DNA of 64,000 nucleotides from Myxococcota bacterium (lineage in GTDB: Bacteria; Myxococcota_A; UBA796; UBA2385): the NCBI GenBank assembly GCA_044344255.1, contig JBIJDH010000013.1, positions 1 through 64,000 of the forward strand. The letters are read 5' to 3'. Below are positions 1-9,196 of this stretch, one piece after another. The stretch's first letter is position 1, and the number at the start of each line of letters is the position of its first letter. The notes beneath the pieces are model-generated. The model was not told where the DNA came from, made no database searches, and saw only the letters and a program-made list of their open reading frames with translations. Position numbers and translations under genes: made by a program.

Positions 1-114
1 GCCGGGGGGCCCCCCCGCCCCCCCAAACGCGGCGCGCCCCCGGGGGGGCGGGGCCCCGCGATGCGGGGAGGCCGCGAGGAGGCCGAGGGGGCCTCGACCG
101 GAGGGGTCGTCGGC

Positions 115-1209
115 CTACTTCGCCTTGCCCGGAGCCATCTCGCCGCCGCTGGTCGGGCCATGGGTGTGGCCTGGACCGTTGGTGTGGCTATGGCCGTGCC
201 CGTTGGTGTGGCTGTGGCTGTGGCTGTGGCCGTGGCTCTGCCCCGGGGGGTGGACGTGCGGGTTCACCACATGGGGGTGGATCGCCTTGGCGGGGATCCA
301 GCTCCCGACCGACTTGTAGTGCAGACCGAAGGCGAGCGCGGCGGCGACGCCGACCCCGCCGGCGATGATCAGCACGATGGGCTCGGTCACGAGGACGGGC
401 CAGGTCTGCAGCGCCGTCGAGGGGGCGCCGCGGCTCAAGGCCAGCCAGCCCACCAGCACGCCCGCCATCATCTGCACCGCCGCGTAGGCGTGGGTGTGGG
501 TGAAGGGGCCCCAGAGCTTGCCGCGGTCGTCGTGGCGGAAGCGCTCGAGGAAGACGCGCAAGATCGGATGGGTGAAGAGGAAGAGCGCCGTAAACATCCC
601 GTCGGGGAGGTTCAACGGGAGCATCGCGAAGAAGAGCAGGAACTGCGCGCCGTAGAGCACCGAGGCATAGACCTGGTGCGGGTGGATGCTCACGCCGTGG
701 AGGTGCGGCATGAAGCGCAGCACCTTGCTGTGCGGGCTCGTGTAACAGACGCCGAAGCGGCTGCTCGTGGGCGCGCCCCAGCAGCAGCCGTACACGAAGC
801 AGCCCCAGCGCATCACCGACTCACCCAGCGGCATCGCGAAGCCGAAGGAGTCTGCGAGCCGGAAGAAGCTGCCCATGTCGCCCCAATTGTAGGCGATGAT
901 CGCCGCGAGCCCGCCGGCGATGCCGCCGTGCAGCATGTAGCCGGGCTTGAGCAGCGTGCGGATGGGGTGCACGAAGAGCTGGCGCCACTCGAGCAGGATG
1001 CTGAAGAGGCGTGCGCCGACCAGCACCGCCGGGAAGGCGCCGAGGAGGAGGAAGGCGCCGGCCGCGACGGGGTCCATGCCGACCCGCGCCAGGTAGGCGA
1101 GGATGACGTAGGACGTGCTCCCGAAGGCGAAGAAGGCCATCAAGCCGTAGGTGGCGAAGATGAAGTCGCCCGCGCGGAACAGGATGGTTCGGTCGTGAAA
1201 GCGGGGCAT
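115..1209 (-). CDS. lgt: Prolipoprotein diacylglyceryl transferase (Lgt) family protein with His-rich C-terminal tail
   Basis: Motifs YGLM, LHGG, MRWGCFVYGCCWG, HPHQVY and RVFLERFR match the Lgt signature (CC-type); multiple TM helices; 14 His in about 40 C-terminal residues. Confidence 0.85.
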   Translation of the reverse strand: MPRFHDRTILFRAGDFIFATYGLMAFFAFGSTSYVILAYLARVGMDPVAAGAFLLLGAFPAVLVGARLFSILLEWRQLFVHPIRTLLKPGYMLHGGIAGGLAAIIAYNWGDMGSFFRLADSFGFAMPLGESVMRWGCFVYGCCWGAPTSSRFGVCYTSPHSKVLRFMPHLHGVSIHPHQVYASVLYGAQFLLFFAMLPLNLPDGMFTALFLFTHPILRVFLERFRHDDRGKLWGPFTHTHAYAAVQMMAGVLVGWLALSRGAPSTALQTWPVLVTEPIVLIIAGGVGVAAALAFGLHYKSVGSWIPAKAIHPHVVNPHVHPPGQSHGHSHSHSHTNGHGHSHTNGPGHTHGPTSGGEMAPGKAK

Positions 1210-1365
1210 TCTTTGCCCGAACGGGCCATCGGGAGCCCGTCGGCGCGGAAGGCCCGTGATGCGCCGGGGGCCGGAGGATGTCTCCTCCGAGGGGCCAGCG
1301 CATATCCCAGGGCTGGAAATTCCGCCGCACGGGCCCGTCAGAAAGGCGTAGGGGACGGACCCGGC

Positions 1366-2340
1366 TCACGGTGGGACGGGGAGGCTGCGCTCGCCGAGGT
1401 GGGCGGTGAGGGGCAGGTCGCTCCGCTCTTGCCAGGCCGGCGCCTGCTCCTGCGGCCGCGCGCCCTCGCCGCTCCAGGTCACGGGGGCCTGGAGCACCGC
1501 GGCGCCGTCGGCGGTGATGGGGAGGGCCCCGACGAGGCGCGAGACCTCCCCCCGGTGAGAGACCTCGAAGGGGAAGAGCTCGAAGCGGGGGGCCGCCAGC
1601 GGATCGACGAGGGAGACAGTCTCGCGTCCGAGCGCCTTGCCGGCGTGACGGGTGGTGAGCACGCCGGCGGCGCCGAGGGCTCCTTCGACCTTGACGAGGA
1701 TCAGGCCCTCCGCGTCCACGGTCGCGCTCATCCAGGGCACCGAGCTCTCCACTGTGATCTGCGCAGGGTCCCAGCCGAGCTCGGCCCCGCCCCGGTCGCG
1801 GAGGACGAGGCTGAGCGGGACCTCCGCGCGCGGGGGCAGGGCGAAGCGGTCGGTGGGCAGGCCGGCTCGGCCCTGGAGCCCGGCGAAGTGCAGGTACACA
1901 TCGTCGAGATCTGCCGAAACGGCCCGCTCAAAACGAAGGTGAAAGCTATCCTCGGTCTCGCCCGTGAAGCGGACGACGCCGGAGCTGCGGAGGCAGCGGG
2001 GGGCGATGAGCAGGGCGCCCGCCGTCGGCTCCGCGCCCGGCGGGAGCGCCAAGAGCCGCAGTCCCCCCTCCACCGTGCCCGCCAACGAGAGCGGCCCCTT
2101 CGCCTGACCCTCCGGCGCCTGCCCCTCTGGGCGGTCAAGGCGCTCGGATGGCTCCACCCCGAAGGCGCTGCCATGGGCCACCGCGAGCTCCGGCGACCAG
2201 GCGGGCTGACCGCCCACCTTCACGGAGGTGCTGAAGCCAATTCTGCCGGCCTCACCCACAAAGTCATAGCAGCCGAACACCGGGAGGCAGAGGAGCGGAA
2301 TAAGGCGGAGGGGAGCACGACTCGAAGCGGACATGGACAC
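1366..2340 (-). CDS. Hypothetical lipoprotein
   Basis: Signal peptide with lipobox-like VFGC; beta-rich body; fills the gap between lgt and the TPR gene. Confidence 0.65.
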   Translation of the reverse strand: MSMSASSRAPLRLIPLLCLPVFGCYDFVGEAGRIGFSTSVKVGGQPAWSPELAVAHGSAFGVEPSERLDRPEGQAPEGQAKGPLSLAGTVEGGLRLLALPPGAEPTAGALLIAPRCLRSSGVVRFTGETEDSFHLRFERAVSADLDDVYLHFAGLQGRAGLPTDRFALPPRAEVPLSLVLRDRGGAELGWDPAQITVESSVPWMSATVDAEGLILVKVEGALGAAGVLTTRHAGKALGRETVSLVDPLAAPRFELFPFEVSHRGEVSRLVGALPITADGAAVLQAPVTWSGEGARPQEQAPAWQERSDLPLTAHLGERSLPVPP

Positions 2341-2437
2341 CTCTGGACAGGTTCCCTATCCGTAGCCCTCCACCTCAGGTTGGAGGTGAACGCCACGTGA
2401 AAGCGGGCTGAATCGAGTCAGCCGGAGAGCTCCAAGG

Positions 2438-3667
2438 ATGAACCCGCCTCCCACTCACCCGGAACCCACTCACCCGGAACCATGGGTCGCCGCCGGGCTC
2501 CTGGGCCTGTTCATCGCCTGTGGCAGCCCCGGTGAGCCCCCGCGCCTCCCGAGCCCCGCCCTGCCCGGCCCCTGCGCCCTGCTCGCCGCTCCGGCCCCGG
2601 GCCCCCTCGCCGAGCGCCGCGCCGCGGTCCGGGGGGATGCCCTCGCCACCGCGCGCCTCTTCGTCGAGGAGGCCCGCCGCACCGGCGATCCCGGCTTCTA
2701 CACCCTCGCCGACAACGCGCTCGCCTGTGCACTCTCGACCGATCCCGCCGCCCTCGAGGCCCGCCGGCTGCGGCTGCACGTACTCCTGCAGTTCCACCGC
2801 TTCGCCGAGGTCGAGGCCGAGGCGCGGGCCCTGGCGGCGGAGCAGGGCGGCTGGTTCGACCAGATGCTGCTCGGCGACGCGCTGATGGAGCAGGGGAAGC
2901 TCGACGAGGCCGGCGCCGCCTACCAGATCGCCGCCGATCAACGCCCGGGCCTCGAGCTCTATGACCGCATCGGCTGGCTGCGCTGGCTCTGGGGCGACGA
3001 AGCCGGGGCGCTCGAGATGGCCCAGCAGGCCGCCCGCGCCGCCAGCCCGGAGGACGCCGAGACCTTCGCCTGGACCGCGACCCGCCTCGGCTGGCTGCGC
3101 GTCCTCCGCGGCGAGCCCGCGCCCGAGCTCGACGCCGCCCTCGCCCTCCTGCCCGACTACCCGCCCGCCCGCCTCGCCCGCGGAAAGCAGCGCCTCTGCC
3201 TCGGGGACACCGTTTCGGCGGAGGCCGACCTTCGGGCCGCCGGCGCCACCGTGGAGGCGCTGCGCAGCCTCGCGGAGCTCGATCCCACCACCGCGGTCGC
3301 GGCGGCCCGCCTCCAAGACCCGCGTGGTTACGCCGACTGGCTGGCCCCCCGTGATCCCGGCGCCGCGCTGCCGATCCTCGAGCGGGAGTGGGCCGCGCGC
3401 CAGGACGCCACCACCCGCATGAGCCGCGCCTGGGCCGCCTTCCACCTCCAGAGGGGCGGCGGGAGCCCCGCCCTCGATCCCGCCGCCGAGGCCACCGCCG
3501 CGCTCGCCACCGGCATCCCCGAGCCGCGGGTGCTGCTCGAAGGCGGGCTCATCCTCGGAGATCCCGAGCCGCTGAAGCGGGCCCTCGCCCGCCCCTGCGG
3601 CCTCCTGCCTTCTGAGGCCAGAGAGGCCGAAGCAGCCATCGCCGCTTCGGCCTCTGCCCGCCCATAA
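2438..3667 (+). CDS. TPR-repeat lipoprotein of the type that accompanies DUF4331 genes
   Basis: FIAC lipobox; TPR-like helices (LLQFHRFAE, LGDALMEQGKLDEAGAAYQ); adjacent to DUF4331. Confidence 0.8.
   Translation: MNPPPTHPEPTHPEPWVAAGLLGLFIACGSPGEPPRLPSPALPGPCALLAAPAPGPLAERRAAVRGDALATARLFVEEARRTGDPGFYTLADNALACALSTDPAALEARRLRLHVLLQFHRFAEVEAEARALAAEQGGWFDQMLLGDALMEQGKLDEAGAAYQIAADQRPGLELYDRIGWLRWLWGDEAGALEMAQQAARAASPEDAETFAWTATRLGWLRVLRGEPAPELDAALALLPDYPPARLARGKQRLCLGDTVSAEADLRAAGATVEALRSLAELDPTTAVAAARLQDPRGYADWLAPRDPGAALPILEREWAARQDATTRMSRAWAAFHLQRGGGSPALDPAAEATAALATGIPEPRVLLEGGLILGDPEPLKRALARPCGLLPSEAREAEAAIAASASARP
2451..2480 (+). repeat. Exact 15-bp tandem duplication CCACTCACCCGGAAC x2
   Basis: Read directly; encodes PTHPE twice. 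Confidence 0.9.
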
Positions 3668-3693
3668 CGCAGCGTTAGACGCGGATGATTGGA

Positions 3694-5094
3694 CTAGTCG
3701 AGATCGTGATAACCGGCGGGGTGATCATCGCCGGCCCAGGGGTCGCCGAGGAAGGGGAACTGGTCGAGGTAGTACAGGCCGGTGCTGTCCACCCCATCGA
3801 CGACGGCGAAGCCCTCCCCGCTGCCAGCGAGGCCGCCGCAGACCGCGCCGAGGGCCACGTCCACGACGTCGTCGCCGACGTTGCGCCCGTCCGGCCACTG
3901 GCCGAAGCCGTCCCCCTCGAGGTTCACCCGCAGGGCCTCGAAGGCGGCGAAGGACTTGCCGGTCTCGCCGGGGATGGCGCCGCCCAAGGAGAAGCCATCC
4001 GGCATCGTCCCGAGGGCGGGGTGCCCGGTGAGGAAGGCGAGGATGAGGTCTTCGCGGCCGCCGATGCCGAGGCCGGCGTCGTAGCTGGCGGGGCAGGTCG
4101 TGCCGAGCACGGCGTTCATGTAGGCGCCGAGCACCGAGGTCTGGACGTAGGACAGGAACTGGATGTCATCGACCGGGGCCGAGGCGTTGAAGGCGTCCTT
4201 CCGGATCGCAGGGATCACCACCTCGTTGACGAGCGGGTTGCCGAGGCGGGCGACCTGCACCCAGCCGCCGCGCGAGGTCGTCCCACCGCCGTCGCTCCGA
4301 CGTACGGTCACGGCCCGCCGAGAGGTGGTGGCCCAGGTCGCGATGACGCTGTTCTGGTTCGCCGAGGTGGCGGCCAGCCCATCCTTGGTGATCTCGGTGA
4401 CCGGGAGCGAGATCGCGATCGTGTGTACGTTGTAGCCGAGCAGCGTGTTGAGGTTGGGCGTCCCGTCGTTGCCCGCGAGGTTCAGCAGGTCAAAGGTGCG
4501 CTCCAGGTCAACGTAGAAGCCCTCCTGGCGCGGCCCGGCGAAGAAGTCGTAGTCGCCCGAGGAGGTGATGTAGTCCACGGTGATCGCGCCGGGACTGGTG
4601 TCCGTCGGGGAGTAGCTGCTGGAGCCGCTCTGCGTGCCGACGTTGATCGGCGCGACCTCGCCCGAAGACAGGATGGTGGAGGAGGTGCCGTCATCGACCC
4701 GGGAGACCGTATAGGTCTGCTGCTGATAGACGTTCGAGCGCGTCGCGACCGAGCCGATATTGTAGATGAAGCTGTCGAACCCGAAGGCGTCCTGCGTGTA
4801 GGTGGTCTCGAACTGGAAGTTGAACACCACGTCTTCCAGACCGTCGCCCTCGTTGTCGACCTTGATCGAGTAGAGCACGTCGTCGTCAAAGCGGTGGAAG
4901 TTCGGGCCGCCGCCCGGGGCCTCGAGCGGGTTGACGTTCATCAGAAACACCACCCGCGTCGGGTCGGTGGGGTCAATGAAGGCGTAGAAGTCGGAGATGT
5001 CCGCCGACGGATCGAGGGCGATGGCGGGGGCCTCCCGGTGGGAGGAGGCGAAGGCCGAGCCGGAGAGAGCGGCGAAGAAGAGGACAGACGTCAT
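3694..5094 (-). CDS. Secreted DUF4331-domain protein
   Basis: Signal peptide then SSHREAP...DISDFYAF, FFAGPRQEGF, QVARLGNPLVNEV, WPDGR..DDVVD, FPFL, all hallmark DUF4331 motifs; start moved to the ATG at 5094. Confidence 0.9.
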   Translation of the reverse strand: MTSVLFFAALSGSAFASSHREAPAIALDPSADISDFYAFIDPTDPTRVVFLMNVNPLEAPGGGPNFHRFDDDVLYSIKVDNEGDGLEDVVFNFQFETTYTQDAFGFDSFIYNIGSVATRSNVYQQQTYTVSRVDDGTSSTILSSGEVAPINVGTQSGSSSYSPTDTSPGAITVDYITSSGDYDFFAGPRQEGFYVDLERTFDLLNLAGNDGTPNLNTLLGYNVHTIAISLPVTEITKDGLAATSANQNSVIATWATTSRRAVTVRRSDGGGTTSRGGWVQVARLGNPLVNEVVIPAIRKDAFNASAPVDDIQFLSYVQTSVLGAYMNAVLGTTCPASYDAGLGIGGREDLILAFLTGHPALGTMPDGFSLGGAIPGETGKSFAAFEALRVNLEGDGFGQWPDGRNVGDDVVDVALGAVCGGLAGSGEGFAVVDGVDSTGLYYLDQFPFLGDPWAGDDHPAGYHDLD

Positions 5095-5192
5095 GGGACC
5101 TCGAAGGGCGACCGGAGCCGCGCGCAGACGATTCAAGGAAGCGAAGAGACAGAAAAAAGGAGGGCAGGGGACCGGGGGGGAGGGCTGAGCCC

Positions 5193-6257
5193 TCACCACG
5201 TGAAGGCGAAGATGTCGGCGTCGGCGAGGCTCGATATCTCGGCGATGTAGAGCACATCGCCGCTCTCCGCGAGGCCCGCGGGCAGCTCGAGCGAGCCGCC
5301 GTCCTCGAGGGCCACCGGGGTGCCGCCATCCACGTCCACGCCCATCACCGCGGGATCATGGATGATCGTGAAATATACAGACTCATCGTCGCCAGACACC
5401 GCCACGCCGCCCGGGAAGGCGATCTCGAAGCCGCCGACGAGCTCGTCGGCGGAGGAGAAGGTGGAGGTCCCGAAGGCGAGCAGGGTGCCGGTGGTGCCGG
5501 CGCCGAGGGAGTCCACCACGAAGAGGCGCGTGCCGTCCGAGTTGACGTCGAGGGCGAGGGGGTCGACGAGGGGATCGCCGGCGAATTCCTCGGTGGTGTC
5601 GCCCGTCGCGAGGACGACGGAGAAGATGGCGGGCTCGCCGTCGGCGTTGAAGCCGCTCACGAAGGCGTTCGTGCCGCCGTGCGCGATCGCGATGTCGCCG
5701 GGGAGATCGATCGAGTCGCTGACCCCGATCTCGGAGAGGCCACCGCCGCCCACCACGTCGTAGGCGAACACGCCGCCGTTCATCTCCCCGGACTCGGTCA
5801 GGGAGGCGACGTCGGTCACATAGAGCATGTGCCCGTCGTCGCTGATCGCGAGGCCCGAGGGCTGCACCAGGGGCTCCCCGGCGTGGAGCTCGGAGACGGC
5901 GCCGCTGCTGAGGTCGACCGAGACCAGCGCCGGCTCTCCGTTGCTGTTGAAGCCGACCGCGAAGAGCGCGCCGCCGCTCGCCGCGACGTCGGTGGCCTCG
6001 GAGAAGGTGGAGGCGCTGACCGTGGTGAAGGTGGGATCGGCGTCGGTGTCGGCGTCGGTGTCAGCGTCGCTATCAGCGTCGGTGTCGGCGTCGCTGTCGG
6101 CGTCGCTGTCCGCGTCGGTGTCGGCGTCGCTGTCAGCGTCGGTGTCGGCGTCGGCTTCTTCACCGCCACCTTCCGCCTTGTCGCCGCTGCAGGCGACCCC
6201 GGCGAGGGGGAGGAGGAGGGCGAGCCGACGGAGCGTCGGTGCCAGGTTCAAGCGCAT
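5193..6257 (-). CDS. Lipoprotein with Asp-rich (DADT/DADS) linker and beta-propeller domain
   Basis: GVAC lipobox; D-A-D-S/T repeat; repeated blades of type PLVQPSGLAIS, DLPGDIAIA, PLVDPLALDV, FPGGVAVS, LPAGLAES. Confidence 0.8.
   Translation of the reverse strand: MRLNLAPTLRRLALLLPLAGVACSGDKAEGGGEEADADTDADSDADTDADSDADSDADTDADSDADTDADTDADPTFTTVSASTFSEATDVAASGGALFAVGFNSNGEPALVSVDLSSGAVSELHAGEPLVQPSGLAISDDGHMLYVTDVASLTESGEMNGGVFAYDVVGGGGLSEIGVSDSIDLPGDIAIAHGGTNAFVSGFNADGEPAIFSVVLATGDTTEEFAGDPLVDPLALDVNSDGTRLFVVDSLGAGTTGTLLAFGTSTFSSADELVGGFEIAFPGGVAVSGDDESVYFTIIHDPAVMGVDVDGGTPVALEDGGSLELPAGLAESGDVLYIAEISSLADADIFAFTW
6036..6155 (-). repeat. Low-complexity repeat encoding (D-A-D-S/T)n
   Basis: Tandem gcgtcggtgtcg / gcgtcgctgtcg units. 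Confidence 0.9.
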
Positions 6258-6312
6258 GCGGGGCTCCAGGAGGGATCGGGAGAGGCGGGGTCCGCGGGGG
6301 GGGACGTTCGAG

Positions 6313-6339
6313 ATACGACCCGATCACCGAGCCAGATCA
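6313..6339 (-). promoter_or_regulatory. Candidate ECF sigma (ECF18/19, SigK-like) promoter TGATCT-N16-CGTAT
   Basis: Minus strand reads TGATCT ggctcggtgatcgggt CGTAT, about 55 nt upstream of the lipoprotein-DUF4331 operon. Confidence 0.5.
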
Positions 6340-6427
6340 CATCCTGAAGTAATTTCCTCGTGGACACCCGGGGAAGGGCTTGCCAGCGCGGCCCCGGTGT
6401 TCACAATCTGTCGATTGAGGAGCCGAC

Positions 6428-7234
6428 ATGACGTCGCGACGGAGGGCCCGGCTGGCCGCGGTGCTCTGCGCCCTCCTCCTCGCGGGGCTGGCGATCTGGG
6501 GCCTCTGGCCCGCCCCGGCCGCCCCCCCGCCGACCCGAGCGGTCGCCCGCCGGGCCCCGCTCCCGATCCGGCAGAGCTCGCCGGTGGTGATGCCCGCCGC
6601 CGAGGCTCCACCGGCTCCGAAGGCCCCGTTCCCGGTCCACCCACCCGCGGCGGCGACCCTGCCGGTCGACCTCGTCGAGGAGGCCGCCGACACCGGCGAC
6701 CCCGGCCGCGGCCTCGTGCTGGTCGAGGTCTACGACGAGGACGGCCAGCGGGTCCCGATGGCGCAGGTGGTGTCCCTCGACTGTGAGGTCATCTCTCCGA
6801 CGGGCATCGACGGCCGGGCCGCGCTCTCCGTGCCGCTCGGCACCTGCAGCTTCCAAGCCCGCCGCCGGGACGGGCTGCTCTTCGCTCGCTCGGAGTGGGT
6901 GGAGGTGCGCGTCCAGCTCGACGGCAACCGCCCGGTGGAGCTGGTCCTGCCCGCCGAGCGCGCCGGCGGCCTCGGCGTGGGCATCTCCGCCCGAGAGGAC
7001 GGGGTCGAGATCCGGTCCGTCCAGCCGGGCTCCCCCGCGGAGCGGATGGGCCTCGCCCCGGGTGACCTCATCGTCGAGGTGGACGGCCTCCCCACCGACA
7101 CCCTCGACATCGACGAGTTCATCGAGGTCATGACCGGGCCAGAGGGCAGCGAGGTCGACTTCGTCATCGAGCACCCCGACGACACCGGCGACGGCGAGGC
7201 GATGACCCTCACCCGGGCCTTCATCACGGGATGA
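6428..7234 (+). CDS. Membrane-anchored PDZ-domain protein with an Ig/carboxypeptidase-regulatory-like middle domain
   Basis: RBS GAGGAG; N-terminal TM; PDZ motifs GGLGVGI, VQPGSPAERMGL.PGDLIVEVDG, GPEGSEV. Confidence 0.85.
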   Translation: MTSRRRARLAAVLCALLLAGLAIWGLWPAPAAPPPTRAVARRAPLPIRQSSPVVMPAAEAPPAPKAPFPVHPPAAATLPVDLVEEAADTGDPGRGLVLVEVYDEDGQRVPMAQVVSLDCEVISPTGIDGRAALSVPLGTCSFQARRRDGLLFARSEWVEVRVQLDGNRPVELVLPAERAGGLGVGISAREDGVEIRSVQPGSPAERMGLAPGDLIVEVDGLPTDTLDIDEFIEVMTGPEGSEVDFVIEHPDDTGDGEAMTLTRAFITG

Positions 7235-7877
7235 GCGGCTCGTCGGCCGGCTCGTCGGCCGGCTCGTCGGCCGGCTCTTCGGGCATCGCCCGCCGGAGCG
7301 AGAAGGAGCGGTGCACGAAGAGCGCGTGGGCCCGCTCCAGCGCCAGGGCCCCCGCCGGATCGCCCTCCGCGCGCACGGCGGCGGCGATGGCCTCCATCGT
7401 GCCCATCGCCCAGTCGGCGTGCGCCTCGCGCAGCCGCAGCACCCCCGGCTCCGGCGGCGCGACGGACAGCCGCGGCAGCGCGGCGAGGCCGGAGATCCGG
7501 TGAGACATCCGCCGGGCCTGCGCCCAGGTGCCGTCGATGACGAAGAGCTCGCGCAGCGGGCGGGGGAGGGGAGGGCCGCCGGGCTCGGGCGGGAAGAGCA
7601 CGGCCGCCCCCGGCCCGGCGAGCAGGTCGGCCGGTAAGGGCCGCGCTGGGTCTCCGAATTCGAGGATGCGGGCGCCGGGGATGCACAGCGCGGCGATCCG
7701 GGCGGTGTTCGAGCTTCGAAGCGACTCCTTGACGTGCCGGATGATGGTGAGGCGGAAGCCGCAGGGCACCACCGGCAGGCGATCACAGAGGCAGAGGCGA
7801 GGCGGGAGCCAGCAGGCGGCGCAGCGATCGGAGCCGCGGACCCTCAAGAGGGGGGCGACGGCGGAGGAGGAGCTCAT
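7224..7877 (-). CDS. DTW-domain tRNA-uridine aminocarboxypropyltransferase (TapT/YfiP-like)
   Basis: CxxC..LCLC Zn knuckle, HVKE..RSSNTAR, IDGTW motif, TMEA. Confidence 0.9.
   Translation of the reverse strand: MSSSSAVAPLLRVRGSDRCAACWLPPRLCLCDRLPVVPCGFRLTIIRHVKESLRSSNTARIAALCIPGARILEFGDPARPLPADLLAGPGAAVLFPPEPGGPPLPRPLRELFVIDGTWAQARRMSHRISGLAALPRLSVAPPEPGVLRLREAHADWAMGTMEAIAAAVRAEGDPAGALALERAHALFVHRSFSLRRAMPEEPADEPADEPADEPLIP
7236..7276. repeat. 12-bp tandem repeat CGGCTCGTCGGC x3.5, encoding EPAD repeats at the DTW C-terminus
   Basis: Read directly. Confidence 0.9.
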
Positions 7878-7994
7878 CGGCCTCCCTCACACCCCCGGCT
7901 CGGCCACGCCACAGGCCCACCCGGCCGCCGGGGTATCGTGCGTGCGAGCCCGGCCCGCCGACCGGCCCCATCCACCTCGCCCCGAGCCCTGAAC

Positions 7995-9167
7995 ATGCCC
8001 GCGCCGACCGCCTCCCTGCGCCTCCGAGCCGTCCTCCCCCTCCTGCTCGCGGCGCTGCCCCGGTCCGCGGCGGCGGTCGATCCGAGCCTCGCCATCTCGA
8101 CGGTGCACCAGGCCTGCACGCCGATCCTCGCCGAGGCCGGCAAGGCCCTCCGCAAGGACCCCGACGACCTCTCCGCCCGCCTCCGCGAGGCCGAGTGCGC
8201 CTACGCGATCGGCCGCCTGGACCTCGCGCGGGCTGACCTCGACCGCGTCTTCGCCGGGCGCCCCCTGAGCGACAGCCTCGTGCTCGGAGACAGCCGCGGC
8301 GTGCCGCGCGATCGGCAGGGCGACATGGTCGCGCTCTGGTCGGTGGTGCTCTCCCTCCAAGGGGAGCCCGCCCTCGCCCGCGCCGCCCTCGACGGCGGGC
8401 GACAGGCCTTCGGCGACACCGCCGGGATGGCCCGAGCCACCGCGGTGCTGGTCGCCAAGAAGGGGCAGCTCAGCGGGGCCTGGACGCTCAGCGATCAGGT
8501 CGTCCAGCGCTGGCCTCGCGATCCGGCGGCCCGCGCCGTCTGCGCAGAGCTCGCCTCCCTCGATCCGAGCCACGTCACCCCCGCCTGCCTCGGCCTGCTC
8601 TCCGAGAAGACCGAGAAGGCCGGGGCCTACAACCGCGCCGTGATGGCCCTGAACGAGGGGCACGACTCTGACTGCCTCGCCGAGGTCGAGCGGGCGAGGG
8701 GAGAGCAGCCGCGCGCCGAGTGGCCGGCCTTCCTCCCCGTCGGGCACGCCTGCGCCGTCCAGGCCGGGCTGCTGCCGGAGGCCGACCGCTACCTCGAGGA
8801 GCTCGGCGGCCTCGCCGCGGGCTCCCCCGAGCAGCTCGTCACCCACGCCGACCTCCTCCGCCGAGCCGGCCGGTCGGAGGAGGCCCTCCGGATGGTGGAG
8901 GCTGCGAAGCCCTCGGACCCGACGATGCGCGCCGAGGCCTCCACCCTGCACCTCCGCCTGCTCACCGAGGCGGGGCGGCTCGACGAGGCGTTAAAGCTCG
9001 CTTACGCCGAGCCCACGGGGCCCGTCACGCGGGCCGTCCTCGCGACGGCGCTGCGCAAGGCCGGCCGCGCAAAGGAGGCCTGGAACCTCCTGACCCAGAC
9101 CTGCCCCGAGCTCCGCGGCCCCGACGCGGCCCAGTGTTACGAGGTGCTCGGCCGCCTCAAGGAGTGA
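7995..9167 (+). CDS. Secreted TPR-repeat protein
   Basis: Signal peptide (LPLLLAALPRSAAA); Ala/Leu helical repeats with paired Cys; start moved to ATG 7995. Confidence 0.7.
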   Translation: MPAPTASLRLRAVLPLLLAALPRSAAAVDPSLAISTVHQACTPILAEAGKALRKDPDDLSARLREAECAYAIGRLDLARADLDRVFAGRPLSDSLVLGDSRGVPRDRQGDMVALWSVVLSLQGEPALARAALDGGRQAFGDTAGMARATAVLVAKKGQLSGAWTLSDQVVQRWPRDPAARAVCAELASLDPSHVTPACLGLLSEKTEKAGAYNRAVMALNEGHDSDCLAEVERARGEQPRAEWPAFLPVGHACAVQAGLLPEADRYLEELGGLAAGSPEQLVTHADLLRRAGRSEEALRMVEAAKPSDPTMRAEASTLHLRLLTEAGRLDEALKLAYAEPTGPVTRAVLATALRKAGRAKEAWNLLTQTCPELRGPDAAQCYEVLGRLKE

Positions 9168-9196
9168 CGCTCCCGGCGGGAGCGGTCCGGAGAGGC

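Noticed and set aside
1..60. G/C homopolymer-rich stretch at the window start
   Set aside because: Looks like low-quality contig-end sequence; no interpretable feature
61..2400. Long ORFs antisense to real genes (also 3685-5250, 17457-19058, 23648-25576, 38547-40583, 47173-48996, 61540-63993)
   Set aside because: Shadow ORFs typical of high-GC codon bias; the opposite strand carries the recognisable motifs
6370..6390. Possible sigma-54 promoter (TGGCAAGCCCTTCC, minus strand)
   Set aside because: The -12 GC is missing and the spacing is one base short
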